Source: Bdellovibrionota bacterium
GTDB lineage: Bacteria; Bdellovibrionota_C; UBA2361; JAAYZI01
Reading direction: 5' to 3'
NCBI GenBank assembly: GCA_050950765.1
Contig: JBMNIF010000002.1
Span: forward strand, 128,001 to 192,000
DNA: 64,000 bases
This document shows, piece after piece, positions 60,609 through 64,000 of the stretch; position 1 is the stretch's first letter, and each line of letters opens with the position of its first letter. The translations under genes and the position numbers were made by a program. Below the pieces are notes generated by a model that searched no databases, was not told the DNA's origin, and worked only from the letters and a program-made list of their open reading frames with translations.

Positions 60609-61367
60609 TTACTTCCCAGAGAACGCCTCAACCCTTTTAAGTGCAAAATCACGAACAGCGAGTTGCAGACCTTGTTCAAAAAGCGTTTCTGCGCTAACCC
60701 ACCCCTTTTCTCCGGAACGGCTCAACCTAAAAATATTTTCAGACAACGCTTTATCTTGAAAGTAATAATTTCCACGCCAAAGCTCTTTACCATCAGCCAC
60801 ACGGTAAACTGACATTAGAAATCCAACGCTAGCCCCTTCATCAGCCCCCACAGCGGAGCCTTTTCTTAAGTTATAATTATGCAGTCGTAGCACCAACATA
60901 CCATCAAGCTCCATCCTTGCGGATTCAGCTAGCCATTTAGCGTGCGGATACATACCGCTTTCAGCAATAATCTTTTTTGTATCCCTTACGGGAATAGCTT
61001 CGATACTCATCTCCGTCTTGATGGCATTAACCAACTTATCATACATCGCATCTTCGGAACCACTAATAGCCTCAGCAGCACCCTGCTCAACCACGAGAGG
61101 AGAAACAGACAACGAGTTAATCTCTCTCAACCCTTCCGCATTAAATACAGAGCTCTCGAAGCGTGGACGAATCGTTTTGCCAGGACCTCCCGTAACAGAA
61201 TATCCGCTACACCCGACACAAACTAATATAGGTAACAATATCCCGTATTTCAAAGCCCCCTCCTCGATATCAATCACAAAAGCGCATTTCCTTACACCGT
61301 AAAAAGACACTCTTTTTATCAAAACACGCAACTTTATTCTTTTCAAGCATATAAATAGTACACCCAC
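60609..61367 (-). CDS. Hypothetical lipoprotein
   Basis: Lipobox-like VCVGC; true start probably about 40 codons downstream of the listed start. Confidence 0.65.
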   Translation of the reverse strand: MGVLFICLKRIKLRVLIKRVSFYGVRKCAFVIDIEEGALKYGILLPILVCVGCSGYSVTGGPGKTIRPRFESSVFNAEGLREINSLSVSPLVVEQGAAEAISGSEDAMYDKLVNAIKTEMSIEAIPVRDTKKIIAESGMYPHAKWLAESARMELDGMLVLRLHNYNLRKGSAVGADEGASVGFLMSVYRVADGKELWRGNYYFQDKALSENIFRLSRSGEKGWVSAETLFEQGLQLAVRDFALKRVEAFSGK

Positions 61368-61565
61368 GAGATATTTATAGATAAAAGTATTATTTTTTCT
61401 CTTGCTTTTAATTGCATAACTCGCTTAAGTTTCACCTGCAAACTCTTTCAAGTGACATATAAAAAAATTATGTCGCTAGGGCTTGCTAACACACGAAAAT
61501 ATAGCTACCGTTATCAAAGTCTAATAATTAGATTGTGATTATATATAGCGAGGTTAAAGGTATTT

Positions 61566-62006
61566 ATGACTAACAGAGCTTCTGAAAAAATTATTGATGC
61601 GTTAACGCAGTTGATTGAAGGATACAATGAACTTCAAGAGTCCTTAGGGTATGATTTTGAAGGGCATGATGACGATGAAGATGGTGATATGGGTGATGAG
61701 AACATCAATCCAGAGTTAGAAGCCAGCATCGTTTCCGAGATGCATTCTGCTTTGGATGCTGTCATCGATTCCGAAGATGTTTCTGCTGAAGAAATTGCAA
61801 TGTTACTTTCTTCATTAACCGAAGCGTTGGAAGAGATCGATCCTTCCGTATTCGAACCTGATGAGGAAGATGACGAAGTTCACGCTTCTTATGATGAAGA
61901 TGATGATATGGATTACTTCGACGATGACGATGAAGAGCTTGATGATGATTTCGACGATGACGACGACGATTATGATGATGACGACGACGATGAAGAAGAA
62001 GATTAA
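61566..62006 (+). CDS. Extremely acidic hypothetical protein
   Basis: 146 aa with an almost pure D/E C-terminal third; RBS upstream and terminator downstream. Confidence 0.85.
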   Translation: MTNRASEKIIDALTQLIEGYNELQESLGYDFEGHDDDEDGDMGDENINPELEASIVSEMHSALDAVIDSEDVSAEEIAMLLSSLTEALEEIDPSVFEPDEEDDEVHASYDEDDDMDYFDDDDEELDDDFDDDDDDYDDDDDDEEED

Positions 62007-62037
62007 GTAATTAGTTTTCGTCGTGCATTAGCTCACT

Positions 62038-62070
62038 AAAAAAGGGAGATCTTTTCAGTCTCCCTTTTTT
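62038..62070. terminator. Bidirectional intrinsic terminator
   Basis: AAAAAAGGGAGA...TCTCCCTTTTTT hairpin flanked by A and T runs between convergent genes. Confidence 0.85.
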
Positions 62071-62265
62071 ATTCCGCTTGTTTTCTTCTCCACCTCATTA
62101 TCAGAAATAGGTGCTATTATATTTTTTATTTGGATCGTTTCTTCCCTAGACTTAACGATCTACCTCACATCAAGTCGTAGCCATCTACTACTTTTAGGGC
62201 AGTCTTTTCCTGCACTGTCAATTACTGACATCAAGATGGCTTTTATACACTCACCTTAAAATATC

Positions 62266-63483
62266 TTATTCAGCTGTTAATTTAAATTCAGACCAAGTGC
62301 CGAAACCGAATTTGGTGATAGCTTTTTCGATATCATCACGCGTTACAGATCTGATCTTTTTTATCGTTTCAGCCAAAGAATAAACTTTCTTTCTCGCTAA
62401 ATATGCCCTTCCCAGAGCATTCATCCTAGACATCGGCAACTCTCCGCCAAGTGCGGTCTTGGCTGCAAGTTTTGTTTTTGCACGTTGCAACTCATCATCT
62501 GAAAAATCTAACGGCTTTTCGAGAATGTTTTTTGCGATAGCTCCCACTCTATCAATATCTGAAGCAGCCATCGAACAATAAGCGTTAAACGTACCGACAT
62601 CATCTCGTTCATCCGTTTCACAACAAGCTGTCTCCGCTAGACCAGAATCAATTAACGCCCAATAAAATTTAGAACCGACACTATCCCCGAGAATCATTGA
62701 TAATATTGAGAGTGGATAGCGCTCTTCATCAGAAGCCGCTGCGCTACCCGTCATCAATAAAAGATGCGCCTGTGTAAGATCTTTCTTCTTATATTCAAAC
62801 GAAAGGGTTTGAGGGTGATGTGGTGCGCACTCTCTTGTGATATTAAACGGTTTCCACATTCCACAATATTTTTCAGCATCTGCAACAAGGTTATCCCAAT
62901 CAAAGGCACCAGCAGCAACCAGCACCATATTGTTCGGCGCATAACGTCTCTCGAAATAAGCTTGCATCTCATCACGCTGAATTGCAGAAATAGATTCAAC
63001 ACCGCCAAGAACTGAGTTACCTGCTGGGTGGTTGCCGAAATAATCTTTATTAGCACGCTCAAAAAGATAGAATTGCGGACGATCAAGATAAAGAGCTATC
63101 TCTTCTAAGATCACATTCTTCTCGGTATCAAACTCATGTTGATCCAGCGCAGGACGTAACATATCAGATAAGATCTCTTGAATCTGCGGAACGTACTCCG
63201 TAACAGCAGCTGCATAATACGCTGTGCACTCCTCTGAAGTGAAAGCATTCGATTTTGCCCCGACGTTACCCATAGCATAGGTAATATCTAAAGCTGAACG
63301 TTTCGCCGTCCCTTTAAACATCATATGCTCAAGAAAGTGCGAAATACCGGCTTCTTTAGGTGTTTCATCTCTAGCACCTGTTTTTACAAAAAACCCAATA
63401 GCGGCGCTTTTGTTGCCGGAGTTAACCTCTCCCAAGATCTGAAGTCCATTTGCTAGCTGCGTTTGTTTTATCTCATTACTCAC
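62266..63483 (-). CDS. M16 (pitrilysin-family) zinc peptidase, catalytic subunit
   Basis: GISHFLEHMMFKGT (HxxEH), NAFTS and EKNVILEE motifs. Confidence 0.95.
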   Translation of the reverse strand: MSNEIKQTQLANGLQILGEVNSGNKSAAIGFFVKTGARDETPKEAGISHFLEHMMFKGTAKRSALDITYAMGNVGAKSNAFTSEECTAYYAAAVTEYVPQIQEILSDMLRPALDQHEFDTEKNVILEEIALYLDRPQFYLFERANKDYFGNHPAGNSVLGGVESISAIQRDEMQAYFERRYAPNNMVLVAAGAFDWDNLVADAEKYCGMWKPFNITRECAPHHPQTLSFEYKKKDLTQAHLLLMTGSAAASDEERYPLSILSMILGDSVGSKFYWALIDSGLAETACCETDERDDVGTFNAYCSMAASDIDRVGAIAKNILEKPLDFSDDELQRAKTKLAAKTALGGELPMSRMNALGRAYLARKKVYSLAETIKKIRSVTRDDIEKAITKFGFGTWSEFKLTAE

Positions 63484-63506
63484 TTTTTATCTTTCCTCTT
63501 CTGATA

Positions 63507-64000
63507 TTAAAAAATATGATCAAGGCGACGAGACCCTAGCGTCAACACACTATAATCAGCTATCGGAAATCTCTCACAGTAATTATCAATATCGGCTAAG
63601 GTAACCTGATTATACGCTTGCGTTATCTCTTCTCGCGATCGAACTCGCTTAATAATCCACCAATCAGAAGCGTATGAAGAAGCTCTAGCAGGAATGGATT
63701 CTTCTCCAATCACATAACCCGCTAAGATATTAGCTTTCGCTCTATCAAGCTCCTCCTGTGTAACAGTGCCTTTTAAACCTTTCATCTCACGCAACATCAC
63801 CTCTAAAGTTTTATCCGCACGCTCCGGCACCGTTCCGGCATAAGCTGAAAGGGTTCCGTACTCTTTTGTTGCTGAATGTCCCGCATAGACGCTATAACAC
63901 AAACCTAACTTCTCTCTGACCTCTACAAATAATCTTCCAAACATTCCGCCTGATAAAATTCCTGAAGCGACCTTTGCGGCATAATAATTCTCATCACAAA
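63507..64000 (-). CDS. M16 peptidase partner subunit (5'-partial, runs off the window)
   Basis: Frame open to the window edge; ILSGGMFGRLFVEVREKLGLCYSV motif. Confidence 0.9.
   Translation of the reverse strand, partial: CDENYYAAKVASGILSGGMFGRLFVEVREKLGLCYSVYAGHSATKEYGTLSAYAGTVPERADKTLEVMLREMKGLKGTVTQEELDRAKANILAGYVIGEESIPARASSYASDWWIIKRVRSREEITQAYNQVTLADIDNYCERFPIADYSVLTLGSRRLDHIF

Noticed and set aside
1213..63086. Many 60-140-aa ORFs antisense to or nested in long genes
   Set aside because: Shadow ORFs of well-supported genes with no recognisable motifs

Overview
Bacterial chromosomal window from a diderm (lolA, RND efflux, O-antigen-ligase-like gene) and probably anaerobic organism (desulfoferrodoxin). 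The left end holds an AT-rich type V-A CRISPR-Cas locus on the minus strand (cas12a-cas4-cas1-cas2, leader, 10 repeats, 8 spacers). One spacer is split by an intact IS3-family element with a GAAC target duplication. The oldest spacer is itself a type I-C-like CRISPR repeat and starts exactly after the TTTC (TTTV PAM) such repeats contain. A solitary type I-C-like repeat lies about 220 bp beyond the array end, suggesting a CRISPR-versus-CRISPR conflict. The rest is mostly housekeeping and envelope genes: a polysaccharide cluster with a Wzx-GT4 fusion, an orphan HerA, RND and ABC transporters, thrA, dinB, mnmA, PhoH, murL-murD2, ftsK and M16 peptidases. Five intergenic regions carry a mosaic repeat family in which a few recurring modules are shuffled between copies of a GGGTGGCACC core (32 exact copies counted by eye). 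There is also a frameshifted hsdM-like fossil and a 213-bp tandem duplication. All calls come from reading the sequence by eye; no searches were run.
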